Positions 26,330 through 40,583 of a DNA stretch of 64,000 nucleotides are shown here, in pieces. The stretch covers positions 109,244,001-109,308,000 of the forward strand of contig OX597816.1 of the NCBI GenBank assembly GCA_951406725.2. The letters run 5' to 3'. The stretch comes from Octopus vulgaris. Lineage: Eukaryota. The first letter of the stretch is position 1, and each line of letters begins with the position of its first letter. The notes under the pieces are model-generated. The model did not search any database and had not been told where the DNA came from. It saw only the letters and a program-made list of their open reading frames with translations. A program made the translations under genes and the position numbers.

Positions 26330-26640
26330 TCACAACCATCAGAGTGCGAAGCGCTCTTCACGACCGCAGGTCCGTGAAATAGTTTTCTAGGAACCGGAAA
26401 GAGAAGTATTAACACGAAATATGGATATGTGCACCGGATTCGTAAAACGGAAGTGAAGAATAAAAACGCAATGCGCATGTGACATCTTTCTTTATCTCGC
26501 TGTTCTAATTATGCAGATAACACCATCTATATCCGTTTTGTCAATTTGAGTGAATCAGTAAAACGAAAGAACTGTTTATGTTGACAAACTACACTGCAGC
26601 CTATCGGAAATGCTAAAGTGACGTCAGAAAATAACCCGAA
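26330..26640. promoter_or_regulatory. Candidate housekeeping-type promoter or enhancer
   Basis: Locally CpG-rich unique sequence with ETS site CGGAAGTG (26448-55), NRF1-like TGCGCATG (26472-79) and CRE TGACGTCA (26619-26). Confidence 0.35.
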
Positions 26641-26780
26641 AATTAAAAGTTATACAAAGTGAAAATATTATTTTCATATAAAGAAAGAAAAGGAAATATC
26701 TTAAATTAAAGATTCACGAAAAAAAAAAGACTCAGCTGTCCTCTGAACTACAGAAGCAACTTCTTAATAAGTGTATATCA

Positions 26781-27193
26781 CTCTTTTACTTGCTTCAGTC
26801 ATTTGACTGTGGTCATGCTGGAGCACCGCCTTTTAGACGAGCAAATCGACTCCACGACTTATTATTTGTAAGCTCCAGTACTTATTCTATCGGCCACATT
26901 TGCCGAACCGCTAAGTTACGAGGACGTAAACACACCAGCATCGGTTGTCAAGCGATGTTGGGGGGACAAACACAGACACACAAACATATACACACATACA
27001 TATATATATATATACATATATATATATACGACAGGCTTCTTTCAGTTTCCGTCTACCAAATCCACTCACAAGGCTTTTGTCGGCCCGTGGCTATAGTAGA
27101 AGACACTTGCCCAAGGTGCCACGCAATGGGACTGAACCCGGAACCATGTGGTTCGTAAGCAAGCTACTTACCACACAGCCACGCCTACGCCTA
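26781..27193 (-). mobile_element. SINE family A, full length
   Basis: Colinear with 6073-6470. Confidence 0.85.
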
Positions 27194-27701
27194 TCAGGTA
27201 AAAATGTTCTATAAAATAATATGTATATATTTCACGGTTTTTATACCCTTATAAATTCATATACGCTCCTATTACTGTCCTGACAAGATACTGGGCACCA
27301 AGCACTTACTAACTACTCTTCCCGTAGCTTTTTGCCTTTTTAAGTGAACCACTTTGGTTTCTCGTAATTCTCTGAAAAGAGCAGACGTATTTTCACAGAA
27401 TTCCAGATGGAGAACCTGTGTGTTTTTTATTTTATTTTGGTGAATCAATGTGATATTATTTTAACAACTACAAGCATCCAGAAGATATTGATATATTTTA
27501 TATTATCAGGCGGGAGTGCCACAATCGACATATTAACTAAAAAAACATGTAATATTCTCAATTCTTTGCCTGTCTACAAACAGTTATTAACTGAGATTGC
27601 AGCAATTATTAACGATATTGCAAATAAAAATTCATTTAATGTTGTCTGTTTGCCGTCCCTCACAACTGAGGATATTGTTCATACACACACACATATATAT
27701 T

Positions 27702-27894
27702 TGTGTCTCTGTCTCCCTACTGTCGCTCGACAACCGGTGTTGGTGTGTTTACCTCCCTGTAACTTAGCGGTTCGGCAAAGAGACCGATAGAATAAGTACT
27801 AGGATTGCAGGGAATAAGCCTTGGGGTCGATTTGCTCGACTAAAGGCGGTGCTCCAGCATGGCAACACTCACAATGACTGAAACAAGTAAAAGA
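27702..27894 (+). mobile_element. SINE family A, 3' half
   Basis: TAACTTAGCGGTTCGGCAAA...GGCGGTGCTCCAGCATGG..TGACTGAAACAAGTAAAAGA. Confidence 0.8.
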
Positions 27895-27921
27895 ATATGT
27901 ATATATTTAATGCATGCAATG

Positions 27922-27977
<56 letters not shown>

Positions 27978-30900
27978 TTTGACTCTAAACAATCAGAAAT
28001 TTAGAATTTAGATATTTACTTTTATCACGATATCAGAAAGTAAATTTTTGCACTAAGTTGAAATGACTAGTTGCCAAGGCAACTATAATATATTACATTC
28101 AAGCAATGAAATTCCGTCTGATATGTAACATCTATATTACAAATTAATCTTTCCCATCACGCCTGTTGCTTATGTACATTTTATTTCTTTTATTCCTTCT
28201 GCAACAAGGTCTGATAATCTAGATATATTTTCTCTGATACTCTTATAGATATATAACTATGATGAAAATGAACACCGTCCCATTTCCATAACTCTTTATT
28301 AAACAGTTCTCTGTAAATCCTTCGTGCGATGAGTTGTTCAGGCTTAATCGCTGTTTCTGGATAAGCTAAATAAATGTTGTATTTTCATGCGTCTGACAAT
28401 ATAGCATGGCATTTCAATTTGACGCGAGCGTGAACTTACGTATTACATATAAAATATCACAGAAATGGGAGCTTCATTCTGTTTTTTGTTCCTGGTCCAG
28501 TTGATTTTTATTTGATATTTTGTATCTGTCACAAACACTTGAAATCGATATTGTAGCATCCAGCTTCCGTACACATGGTGTTTGATAGGTAAGTGTACGA
28601 TAGGCTTCAGTGTCCAAATATCAAAACGTGTGCACTTTTATCATGTTTTGCATATTTGCAAGACTATGATTGGAGAGTTAAAGGTAACTTTGTTCCAATT
28701 GACTAATGTAATCATTAAAAGTTATATTTTGTATTACTGTTGCAAACATTTCTCTAAAAATATTTGAAAAATATTGCTCTGTACTTAATATACTTGAAGA
28801 GATATATGACTGCATGGGGTTAAAATGTAACTGGTTGATATCAGAATATACATGGTAAACTAGCGTGCATTTCATTTATGGTATTCCCTTTGTAACGTCG
28901 CCGAAAAGTGCTCCTACAAATAAATATCAATATATTCATGCTACCTGTATACAAAAATATAGCTAAACTCAATTAATTGTTTCTCCCATAATTAGCTTTC
29001 AATATCCTGTCTACACAATATTCGTTTCCATAATTTATACTAAGTGAACGAAACTTTCCCTCATCCTCCTACTCCCAGTTTCTCTCTCTTCCTCTTATAT
29101 ATGTTATTGTGTGTGTGTGCGTGCGTGCATGTGTGTGCATGTGTGCATGCGTGTGTGTGTATCTGTTTGTATGAGACGTTATGTATAAAAATCAATTTAA
29201 CAATTAGCTACAAGTTTGCTCGCTTGTAAACCTTCATTAAAGTACATATTTACTAATTTTTACGAGAGTAAAGGTTGTCAAATTTTACTTTGAGTGGCAG
29301 CCATAAATGATGGCTGCCACTCAATTTCGAGCGATGCCATCACTCGATTGTTCTCTAATACATAGGCAACACAAATATAACTTTCTAGGTGGGCACAGGA
29401 CCTACGTTTTTTTGCAGCAATGACGGGCGACTCTTGCATCAGGTGCTGAGAGAGCTTACCACCCAGGTTGATATATGATTTATTCCATCATGAAATTTTT
29501 CATTGAGCGTTTTGCCTTTTTCAGTTACGGTCATAGCATGCAATAAGTTATAGATATAGTAAAAATAAACCCATGTTTGTGTTTCAAGCATTTAAAAATG
29601 AATAAAGCCCTTGCACAGAACCAATACCAGTCTTTAAACAACTTAGAAATGTAGATTATTTCCCCAAATGGGAATAATCTACCTCAGTGGATGCAGACGA
29701 AGTTGAGAGATTTTCGTCCAGAGAGATGCCTAAACAAGTACTCTCACTGCCGGATGCTGGATGGACGTTCATTCTACTGAGTGCATCGGTCTTTTGACAA
29801 CTTTTATTTTTCGACATGGAGGATATCCAACGGAAACTACAAGCAGGCTTGGTTGGGTTGTCGACAGTCCGACTATGCAACACGTTGTACTTGGTTACAT
29901 GTTACCTGTAGCACGAAGACACAAATTTACATAAATACATGCATACATACATAATATATACATGCATACACAGATGCAGACATACAGACAGAGAGACACA
30001 CATACGCATATACATCAAAAAGCAATCTTTACTAATAAACGTAGACGTATTAGAGCACCGAATACTGTGGTATTCGCCTGGAGAGGTCCTCCTATGTGGT
30101 CTTACGGTGCTAAGAACACAAACAAATAACATGGCAAACGAGAAGCGTTTGGTTTGGGCGGGCATAGGAACTGCCAGATTACGTGATTTCAACGTACTGA
30201 GTTTCTTTAGTGGCAGGCGTCCAGCCTCGTATAACAGCCAAATCTCACCACCAACGATACAGAGAATGTTAGTAACTTTTCAGTCGCTGGCGTCGCAAAT
30301 AAAAAGCAGGCTTATATATTTACACATGTGTGAGTGTGTGCGTGTGTGTATGTATGTAAATCACTGTAATGCTGTTATATACTCGTTACACGAGGGTGCC
30401 ACTTTTTTATCGAATGATTTACATTCACAGGATGCAAATAGACTCAAGACTATAACAGAAATATTTGCCCATCGTTCTGGATGAGAGTGAATTCAGACAT
30501 GAAATCTCATAATTATGAAACAAACCTCTTAACCGCACGACCATGGCTGCGCCAATTCTTTATTTGACATATACGCAAACAACCCGCATTTACCACGACA
30601 CAGGTGCGCGTACATACGTATGAACGCGCGATTTTTGAAACCTCGTTATTCGATAGCCTACTGTTTTACAACACAAAGTTTAAAAAGACAAAGCTTTGCT
30701 AGCACCGAAGAATTTGAAAAAAAAAAAAAAAAACGTATTTATAGTACGTGACCAATTTTTGAAATTTCGAACATCGCATCTTGGATTAGATTAATTCTTG
30801 ACTTCGCCAACAATCATTGATCTACAAAGTAATTTAAGAATTTCAGCTGTTTTATCTTGATTTATTTATAGTCTTGCCACTTAATTCTTCTTACATATAC

Positions 30901-31129
30901 GCACGAGATTAAAAGAAGACGAATTGTTGCGTTGCATTTTTAAGAATTAGGTCAACACATTGTTGTTTTCAGCGACCTAGATTGGAATCAAGATTAAATG
31001 AAAATAACATTGTCAAAATAAAATATAGAAAGAGCACGCGAAAAGAATAAACAGTGATGAAATATTTACTATACTTAGCCACTATAAATACTTGTGCAAC
31101 TAATCTATCTTGGTATTCAAATTAAACAT

Positions 31130-31227
31130 CTTCTTCTTCTTCTTCTTCTTCTTCTTCTTCTTCTTCTTCTTCTTCTTCTTCTTCTTCTTCTTCTTCTTCT
31201 TCTTCTTCTTCTTCTTCTTCTTCTTCT
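31130..31227. repeat. (CTT)n microsatellite
   Basis: Directly visible. Confidence 0.95.
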
Positions 31228-33044
31228 TTTAAATTTTTCTTGGTATTGTTGCCAACGGTAACCATTCATACATATGATAAAACATTGTAGCATAAAACAT
31301 AACAGGAATTTATAAACGCGAGAGACTCAGAAAAATGGAAAGAACTGTTAAGCAATCCCACCCCAACCTACACAAATGGTTAACAAACCATCTGCTAGGC
31401 TGGGCCAGTGATTTCCAAGACACTGGTCTCCTGTCACGCCTTGAAACTGGACACGTCCGTCAGTATTTTTAGTGCCACGCTGTGGGAGAAGCCTTTGAGA
31501 TTTGAGGTTAATTGTTAATATATCTGTAGTTATCAGCTACTTTGCCTTTCTTTGCCTTTTTATTTTATCAGAGTAGAAAGCTATAAAGAGTGTCCCTTAA
31601 GGGCTACGAATGTAACAGCTCTGTATGCAACAGGTGTAAGAAGTGTGAAACGAAGGACATTGTCTTCTTGTTGGATTAACAGAATAAAAGAGAGAACAAG
31701 AAGGGTTATATACTTCTGCATTGTTATAGATTGGAGCGAGTGATAGGGAGTATTTTATATGCCCTGAAAAGAATAGTTGCCGTCTGATGTGTGAATAAAT
31801 GCTGTTCCATCAACTGTGGCAATATACAAGACACTGTCTGATGAAAAAGTGACAGGCCAATTTAGTACATCATACACCTGCCTATAAGTTCATGCTATAA
31901 TACATAGACCAGAACAATACAAGAATGATTGCTAGTAGCATTGACACACCCTTGGCTCGTTGTCACCTTTGTAACCCGATATAAGTTGCTTGTTAATGCA
32001 TAGGTGGGAGAATTGGGATAGTATAGACCTACAGTAATTATACCTAGAGCTAAGCTCTGTCTTTGGTACAGAAACAAAAGCAATGAATCTAGTGGTGCAT
32101 GGTACAAAGAACAGCTTTTAAAACTGTGCAGTAAGGGCCGATTGAGTGTTTTTTTTGCGCTTAGGAACTAGAAAGATGTAGAATGGGACAGACAGAGAGG
32201 GAGGGAGAGAGAGAGAAACGGAAAGAGAAAGAAAGCGAGAGAGAGAGAGAGGGGGAGGGAGAAAGAGAAAGAGATGAAGAAAACAGAAAGAATGAGAGAG
32301 GGAGAGAATGAGAAGGAGAGAGATTGAGAGAAAGAGAGTGAGAGAGAAAGAGAGCGAGCGAGCGGTGGACAGTAGAACCAGCAATAGAAGCTTACTCAAC
32401 GTGCATGGTAAGATATTGTGGTTTGCTTGCAACAGTAAGTGTTGTTCGGGCAAAAAGGCTTTCTCCTTCCCCATGTCTGTTCTTTTTGCCTCATCAAGCC
32501 GGAGAAACGAGTTCATTAGTTTGTCATGTTTGCTGTAGCTGCGCGTCTGGTGTTAGTTTCTTTTCTACATTTTAAAATTCTGTGTAAATCCTTATAGAAT
32601 ACAAAATAAGAAAGAATAATCTTACTGTGTTGAAGTTACGCACCTATATACTTGTGTTCATTCGCTATCCATCTTTTCAAGATTGATAAATAGAGATATG
32701 CCAAGAATACAAATAGATAGATACTATGAAATACTAATAAAAGACAAAAAAATTTTATGAATAAATTCGATTATACATCTCTCCTGATAAATGTGTCTTT
32801 TTTTTTTTTTTACCAAAAACTAGAAATATATTATTACTTTTGTAACGTAAATCAGTTTATATTAAATATTTAATTTCGTTGAGGATAAGATGAATATATG
32901 AACTAGAACAGTTTAGGATAAAACATTTCCTTCCATACTTGCATACATGCAAATGCTCATACACACACACACACGAGCGCTGACACACACACATACGCTC
33001 ACATATTTACATACGGGCTAACATGTACAGCATGCGTACCCACA

Positions 33045-33142
<98 letters not shown>

Positions 33143-33835
33143 CATTTGTGTGTAAATTTATGAAAGTCTATGTATGTGACCTCAAGCAATCGTCCTTTTA
33201 TTATTTTGTAAACAACTCTTATATGTAATTTCGATTTTTCCGATTTTAATAGTACACTATTGTTGATTCGTGTTGCATGTAAATATCTGAACACATCTTA
33301 TAGGTTCTTTGCAATCTTGTCGTTTTTTTTTAAACCTTTAACTTGCTGTTGCGTAGTTGATTCATAATTTTGTATATAATATTTTATAAATAATATTTTA
33401 TCTCTGAGTAACTAAGTGTTGAATGTTTAGCTATGTAATAATAGCGTTTAGCTATGTAATAGCTATAGACTTGATATTTTTCATTCTTCTTCAAAAGTCT
33501 CATTAATTCGTTTAAATAAAGGAATATTTTAATAAAAGTTGTTTACTTATATATGATATTGACTCCATTGGGCATGTCTCAGTCTATAGTATTGACAAGG
33601 ATAGAGTGGTCGAGAAAAGGTGTTTAGATGGAGCCCGGCCTGTAAGTTGTGGTGAAGAAATACGCAAGCTGGACTGAGACGGATAAGAAATTGGTTGACT
33701 CACATAGAAGCAGCAACATTGTTCGGAGAAATGGTATGGATGGTAGATATTATTTCTCTGAAATTAAATGCTTATTAAGAGCGTTTGTTTTAGCGAATTA
33801 ATAGCTCTAAGCTTTGTAGGATTAATTCTTATTAT

Positions 33836-34055
33836 CTTTTACTTATTTCAGATTACCGCCAAGCACGGGCACCGCCTAAAAGGATTTTAGTCGAACAAAT
33901 CGATCCCAGGACTTAATTTGAACCCTAGTATTTATTCTATTGGTCTATTATGCCAAACCGCTAAGTTACAGGGACGTAAACAGACCAACACCGTTTATCA
34001 AAAAGTAGGGCAAACACAGACAAATAGATATATACCTCTCTCTCTCACTCTCTAA

Positions 34056-34130
<75 letters not shown>

Positions 34131-34137
34131 CATCATC

Positions 34138-34224
<87 letters not shown>

Positions 34225-35359
34225 TTATCTATCTATCTATCTGTCGTGGATCAAAAAGAGGCCGAGGAAGGGCGAATGGCACCGCGAGTGTCGCGTTGCT
34301 CTCAAGCAACTCTGCCGTCCTGGGTCGACCTTAAGTGACTTCAACACAACCAAAGCATTCTATAGGGGTTTAGTGGAGGGGAGGTACGACGACGAGCTCG
34401 GGGCGAACCTGGACGTCGACGAGGAGTACCTGACCCGCCTGTTCAGGACGACTTTCGGGCCAGGGCCCATGGACAACTTCCAGAGATCCCTGGCCTGGCA
34501 GTGCTACCGAGAAGCGCTACCCGTTCGGGATAAGCTCTACAGACACGGCTCGAGAAACACGGGGCCGACCTGCCCGAGATGCGGTCAGAGCGACGAAACC
34601 GTTCTGCACGCACTCGTTCAGTGTCCAACAATTTCCGACCTGTGGGCTTATGTCGAACAACTGCTGTCACGTGTGGGACGAGTCGGTTTATCAGCTGAGT
34701 CTATCGTCAATATTGTCACGCCTCCTTCCTTCAAACGGGAAGGAAGAGCTATTTTCATCATCCTTGTGGCTATGGCGAAAGAATGTATCTGGTGGACGCG
34801 TCTGAAAGGATTGGAGACAAACACTTTCCTCTCTGGTCAATCTCTCATCAACTTCTTCAAGTACCACTTGAAAAGGAAAGTAAGAGTAGAGAGGCAAGTT
34901 TTGTCTAGCGAATGTTTTAAAAAAAGATGGGTGAATGTAGCAAGAATGGCACGTATGAATGACGAAGCCACCTTGAGCATGATCCTATGAACCCAGAAAT
35001 TGAAAACAGAGAGTTGCTTATTTGCAAAAAAAAAAAAAAAAAAGAAATATAACATGTGACTCCATTGACCGAGGTTACCGTGGTCTTTTCCGTAGGCTTT
35101 TCTTTCCACGGGTAAACCTCACCTGTCCTCCCCTTTACACTTCATATTGACATTTCTGTGATAACGATCCCTATTGATCAATTTTTTTTCCTCTCCCCTT
35201 TTTTTAACCCCCTTTTTTTGTCCTCTTTCTTTCCTTTTACGATCCCTTTTGATCGAAACTCCCCCCTTCCTTTTTTTTTTCTTTAACCCTTCAAAAGAAA
35301 AGCTCTACCTTGTAATTTGTTCTATCTGTGTGCAGCCCTGTGTGGCTAATAAAGAAACA

Positions 35360-35418
<59 letters not shown>

Positions 35419-35521
35419 ATACACGACAGGCTTCTTTCAGTTTCCGTCTACTAAATACACTCACAAGGCTTTGGTCAACCCGAGACCATAGTAAAAGACA
35501 CTTGACCAAGGTGCTACGCAG
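33836..35521 (-). mobile_element. SINE family A split by a LINE insertion in its internal microsatellite
   Basis: 3' part at 33836-34030 and 5' part at 35421-35521 flank (CTAT)n-LINE-(CTAT)n. Confidence 0.7.
34243..35360 (+). mobile_element. 5'-truncated Tx1/L1-clade non-LTR retrotransposon (ORF2 C-terminus plus 3' UTR)
   Basis: Open frame 34244-34990 with zf-RVT-type motif LAWQCYREALPVRDKL..CPRCGQSDETVLHALVQC..LW and MAKECIWWTR; T-rich 3' UTR; AATAAA at 35348; (CTAT)n on both sides. Confidence 0.85.
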
Positions 35522-35802
35522 CTAAGCTTTTGCATAATAAAATAATTGTCATTAGACCAGTGAAATATCTATTCACACACACTGATATACAAACACGTGT
35601 ATGTGAATATATGTATGCATGCATGTAACCTATCATATATATGTATATATATATATGAACAGAGTTATTTTAGGTGTTTCTCCATAGATTGAAAATATGA
35701 TGAGCGGCCTTAATCAATTTTCGAACATTAATTGGTTCTTATCAAAAGTGTCTGTGTCAATTTGGTCAATATCTTTTCTATTGTCTTTTCATTTTTTAAA
35801 TC

Positions 35803-36180
35803 TTTTACTTGCTTCAGTCACTTGACTGCGGCACCGCCTTGAAGGGTTTTAGTCGAACAAATCGACCTTATGATATTATTCTTTGAAGCCTAATACTTAT
35901 TCTGTCGGTCACTTTTGCTGAACTGCTAAGTTATAGGGACGTAAACACATCACCACAACCACCAGTTGTCAAGCGGTGGGGGACAAACAGAGCTACACAC
36001 ACAAACACACACACACACAAACACACACATACAAGGAGATTCTTTCAGTTTCTGTTTGCCAAATCCACTCACAAGGCTTACGTCGTCCCAAGTAGAAGAC
36101 ACTTGACGAAGGTGCTACACAGTGGGAGTGAACCCGGAACCATGTGGTTGAGAAGCAAGCTTCTTCCCACACAACCATGC
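35803..36180 (-). mobile_element. SINE family A, diverged
   Basis: Colinear with 6073-6470. Confidence 0.8.
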
Positions 36181-36916
36181 AGAAAACAAGCAAACAACCT
36201 GTTCATATGCTGTTTATATACTCAACAATTCGAGTATCTATAGAAAATTGGAGCAAGTAATCTGAAAACTGTGAGTATTAACACTTTATTTAATACGAAG
36301 TGTGCATGTATATTTGCAGCTTGTTTCCTGTTGAACAGTGGTGTTGAGAAAACGATCATAACTGTGCGTGTTGGAGAAATTTAGTATAGAATTTTGTAAA
36401 GAATCTCGACGACATTTTCTAGAATGTCTGATATACGTTTAAAAATAAACCTACCATATTTTCTTCTGTGCTTCAAGTTTATTTATTGAACTGGAAATAT
36501 CTAGGTGTCTAGGATATATTTCGATTTGTCGTTGTAAGATTTCTGTTAGCTAAGGCGATTGACAACCTCCATTGACAAATTCTTTTCCGTAATACGCAAG
36601 AAAGAATTTTAACCTTTTAATCTCGACTTTAGTTAATGGAGGCCCGGAAGAAATGATCAGATATTATCGCAAGATAAACAGAACAATCGTTTTGCAAAAA
36701 TCTAATCTTCGGTCTTGTTATAGTTCTGATAATAATGCCTTTCTAAGACAACGACTTTTCAGTGGTAGAACAGTTGATTATATTCTTGTCTGAAAATTTG
36801 ATTGGTACTAATATTGTATCAGCCTTGAGAGGATAAATGATAAGTCAACAGCTCGGCATTATTTGAGCTTAGAACATAAATAAACCGGCGTTACTAATTA
36901 CCGCCATGATAATACA

Positions 36917-36947
<31 letters not shown>

Positions 36948-36966
36948 CTATCTATATCTATATCTA

Positions 36967-37037
<71 letters not shown>

Positions 37038-37122
37038 GAGTATATATATGTATATATATATATATATTTACACACACACACACATATATATATGTATGTA
37101 TATATATATATATATATACATA

Positions 37123-37178
<56 letters not shown>

Positions 37179-37680
37179 GTATGTGTATTTTTTCAATGTG
37201 GACAAATAACACGGAAAAAATGAATAGTTATCAGGGTAGCAAAAAATTCACATAAGTACCAAGGATGTTACGGCCTACTTATAAAGGTAGAAATTCCAGG
37301 GTTTAGTGAAATATTTTTGTATAAAAGATAAATAAAGAAATTGAGTTAAACGCAGATAAATAACAGATAAATAAAGAAATGGAGGTAAACACAGGTATTA
37401 TTCAAGAAAATACAAGAGAATTATAGGATTACTGGTAAAAGTGCAATCAGGAAACAAATTGTTGGCTATTTTTGGTTTTTTAATGATTTTTTTTATGTTA
37501 TCTTACATTATGTTATGTTATGTTCATAGTATATTATGTTATATTATAATATAAATACATTATTGGATTGTCATTTAATATATTGTTTGTAATTTGCATT
37601 ATACCCATATTATTTATGTAGTATTCAACTGACGTACCTGTGAATTTTATGTTTACACATCCCTTTGAAGTTTGTTACTT

Positions 37681-37755
<75 letters not shown>

Positions 37756-38922
37756 TTAAAAAAAGGAGATGTGGAACACGAGTTGTGATATATAAAAAAA
37801 GGAAATGAAGAAAATGCTGACAAAATAATTTAAGTAAGGGAGAGTGTATTTAATTAGGTGAAAGTTCTTTTTTTAAACAAAAAAAGAGAAAAATTGGGTT
37901 AGAATACAATGTTCATTTTTTGTGAATGATTTCAATGTATAAGAAAAAAAGTAAGAGTCTTTTACAGTGTTCTGTTTCAGAATAAGATATTTAGTAAAAG
38001 CGTGTAATATACAGTTTTTTTGTGGAAAAGTTCAATGTCAGATTTCAGTGTAGGATAAAAAAATGTAAGAGTTTACCGGTTGCGCATTTGTTATGCTTAT
38101 CAAAAGATATTTTGGGTGAGATAGAGTTCCTTTCTGATTCATTTTTTTCTCTCATCTGACCATATATATATATATGAAGGATTTTGAAGAAGCTGTTAAT
38201 AAACATTATAGTAAATAGTAAAAGTAGTGCTTAATGCATCAAGGTAAGATGCCCCTTTGATGACGTTGATATGTGGGTATATAAAAAAGGAATCGGGCAC
38301 CCTATGCAACTTAAACTGGATGATTGTTATCATTATATTAAAGTCAACTGACAACTTGTAACCGTCAAAAAACCGAAGCTTTTATTGGAGAAGCACATAA
38401 AAGAAAGTGTGTATTCGATATAAAAATGGAAACTGACTTGTATCCTCAAAAGCCAATTAATTATGCCGAAGATGTGTGAAATATTTGTTCGATCTTCCTT
38501 TTGAGTTTGCAAGTACGAACACATGCATGCATATTCATATATTAAAAATAATCACACACATATTCATTACCGAAGAAGCATGTATACAAGTTACATAATG
38601 TTTTCAGGAAAAGAAAATGACCAATGCATTCAGAACAGTAAAATTACGCAAGGCTTTTCTTAAGTTAAGTAAACTTCATCCAAATTCTGGTGACACACCC
38701 TTTTCTATGATTAAAAACAAACTCTTTCTTTGTAGGAAGAATTCAATTACTTAAAAAATATAGGAAAAACACATATCTATTGTATATTCGTACTACTTAC
38801 AAACGCTAATACACGGACGTTTATATACTTCTAAACACACATAAAAGTACACTGATTAATAAATAGTTTGATAAATATACAGTTATAGTTGTGAACTGTA
38901 TTTTCAAAAGAAGTTGAGAGAA

Positions 38923-38971
<49 letters not shown>

Positions 38972-40452
38972 AAGAGAGAGGGGAGGAGAAAAATGGAAGT
39001 TTAAACGGTTGAAAAATAAAGAGATGGTAATGAGAATAGAATGACAAATTTTAGTGACGGTAATTTTATATAATTCACGAAGATCTTTACGAAAGTATAC
39101 AAAGTAAGAAAAAACAAACAGAGATGCAAAAGACATTTAGTTGTATGTCTTGGGAATAATGTATCATTTTTGTTTTTCTATATTTGTTTTGTTCAAATAT
39201 TCTGGATGGTAAAGTAATCCTCACGGGAAATAGAAAAATTGGAGATCAGTTTTGATAAAAGATGTCTGAATTTGTTTATACATGACGTATTTTGTATTTG
39301 ACGGCCTCTCCTATTGAGAGCAATGTCTGGGCACTCAGTAACAAAATAGAATTACGTATTAGTACTAAATAACCTATAAGAATTCGTTTTAAGCAGAGTA
39401 AGTTTGCATACAGTCTATTCTTCTACCGCTTCCGAATTGTATAAACGAAATTGGCATACAATGTTCCACATGCAAGACACAAAACGACGCATGCTAACGA
39501 AGATACAGAAGCAAAACACAGACAGGTAATATATAAAATTCTCGTTACCGAGGTTTGCCTGCATCACAGGCACAAACCGGAATATACAAAATTACATATG
39601 TAACTGCCTATGACACACCGCACCTTAGTGCGATGGCATGATGTTTCAAATTCTAACTACAAGTATAATTTGCGTTACCCTGCGATGGTCTTGAAATTTT
39701 GGAACTGGTTTGTAGAAGTTTTTCTAGCATTGGGCATAGGACGCAACTTCCTGTGTCGTATCTTTCTAGAAATTCATCATTTAAGAAAGCGGCTTACCCT
39801 CACTGTTGCTATACAGTACATGTTAGATTCAGTCTGTCTTTTAACTGGTATTATTTTTATCTGCTGAGTTCCTGATATATCTCGTCAGGAATCGATAGAG
39901 GTGGTTTAGTCATCGACGATAATATGTTACAAGTAGTACTTACGAGAACTAAATAATATCTAAAAGTAATGTTTGTTTACACTTCGGTGTAGGCCACTGT
40001 TTTTCAATAGCTAAAACTTTGCATAGATCGGAGAGCATAAGCTATGTAACGTTTTCTGTAATTTATTTTTAGTTCCTGTAAGAAAACTGATAATATTGTG
40101 TACTCCCTGTACATCTCAAATACTGCAACAAAGATTAGAAAAAATATTAGAAAAAATATTAGAAAATATTAGTAAAAGCGATTAGGGAAATTAGTATAGT
40201 ATTTTGAAAAACAAGATATTTTTCTCGAAAATAAACAAATCTAATGATTAAAATTTTATTCAATTTCGAGATGTGTTTCTTTTTCTGTGCATTTTTAAGA
40301 ATCGGATCTTCTTTTAAATTACTCGGATGTAACAATTCTAGGTGTATCATTTCCGGATCAACTGGACATTGCCAGCATCTTTTTAAAACAATGTATTGGA
40401 AATAAAGCGAATTCATTTTATTACAATTATCTTATGCATTAATAATAATAAT

Positions 40453-40579
<127 letters not shown>

Positions 40580-40583
40580 GTAA

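Noticed and set aside
33550-33650. Short open frame ending at a GTAAGT donor-like site
   Set aside because: No convincing acceptor or recognisable peptide
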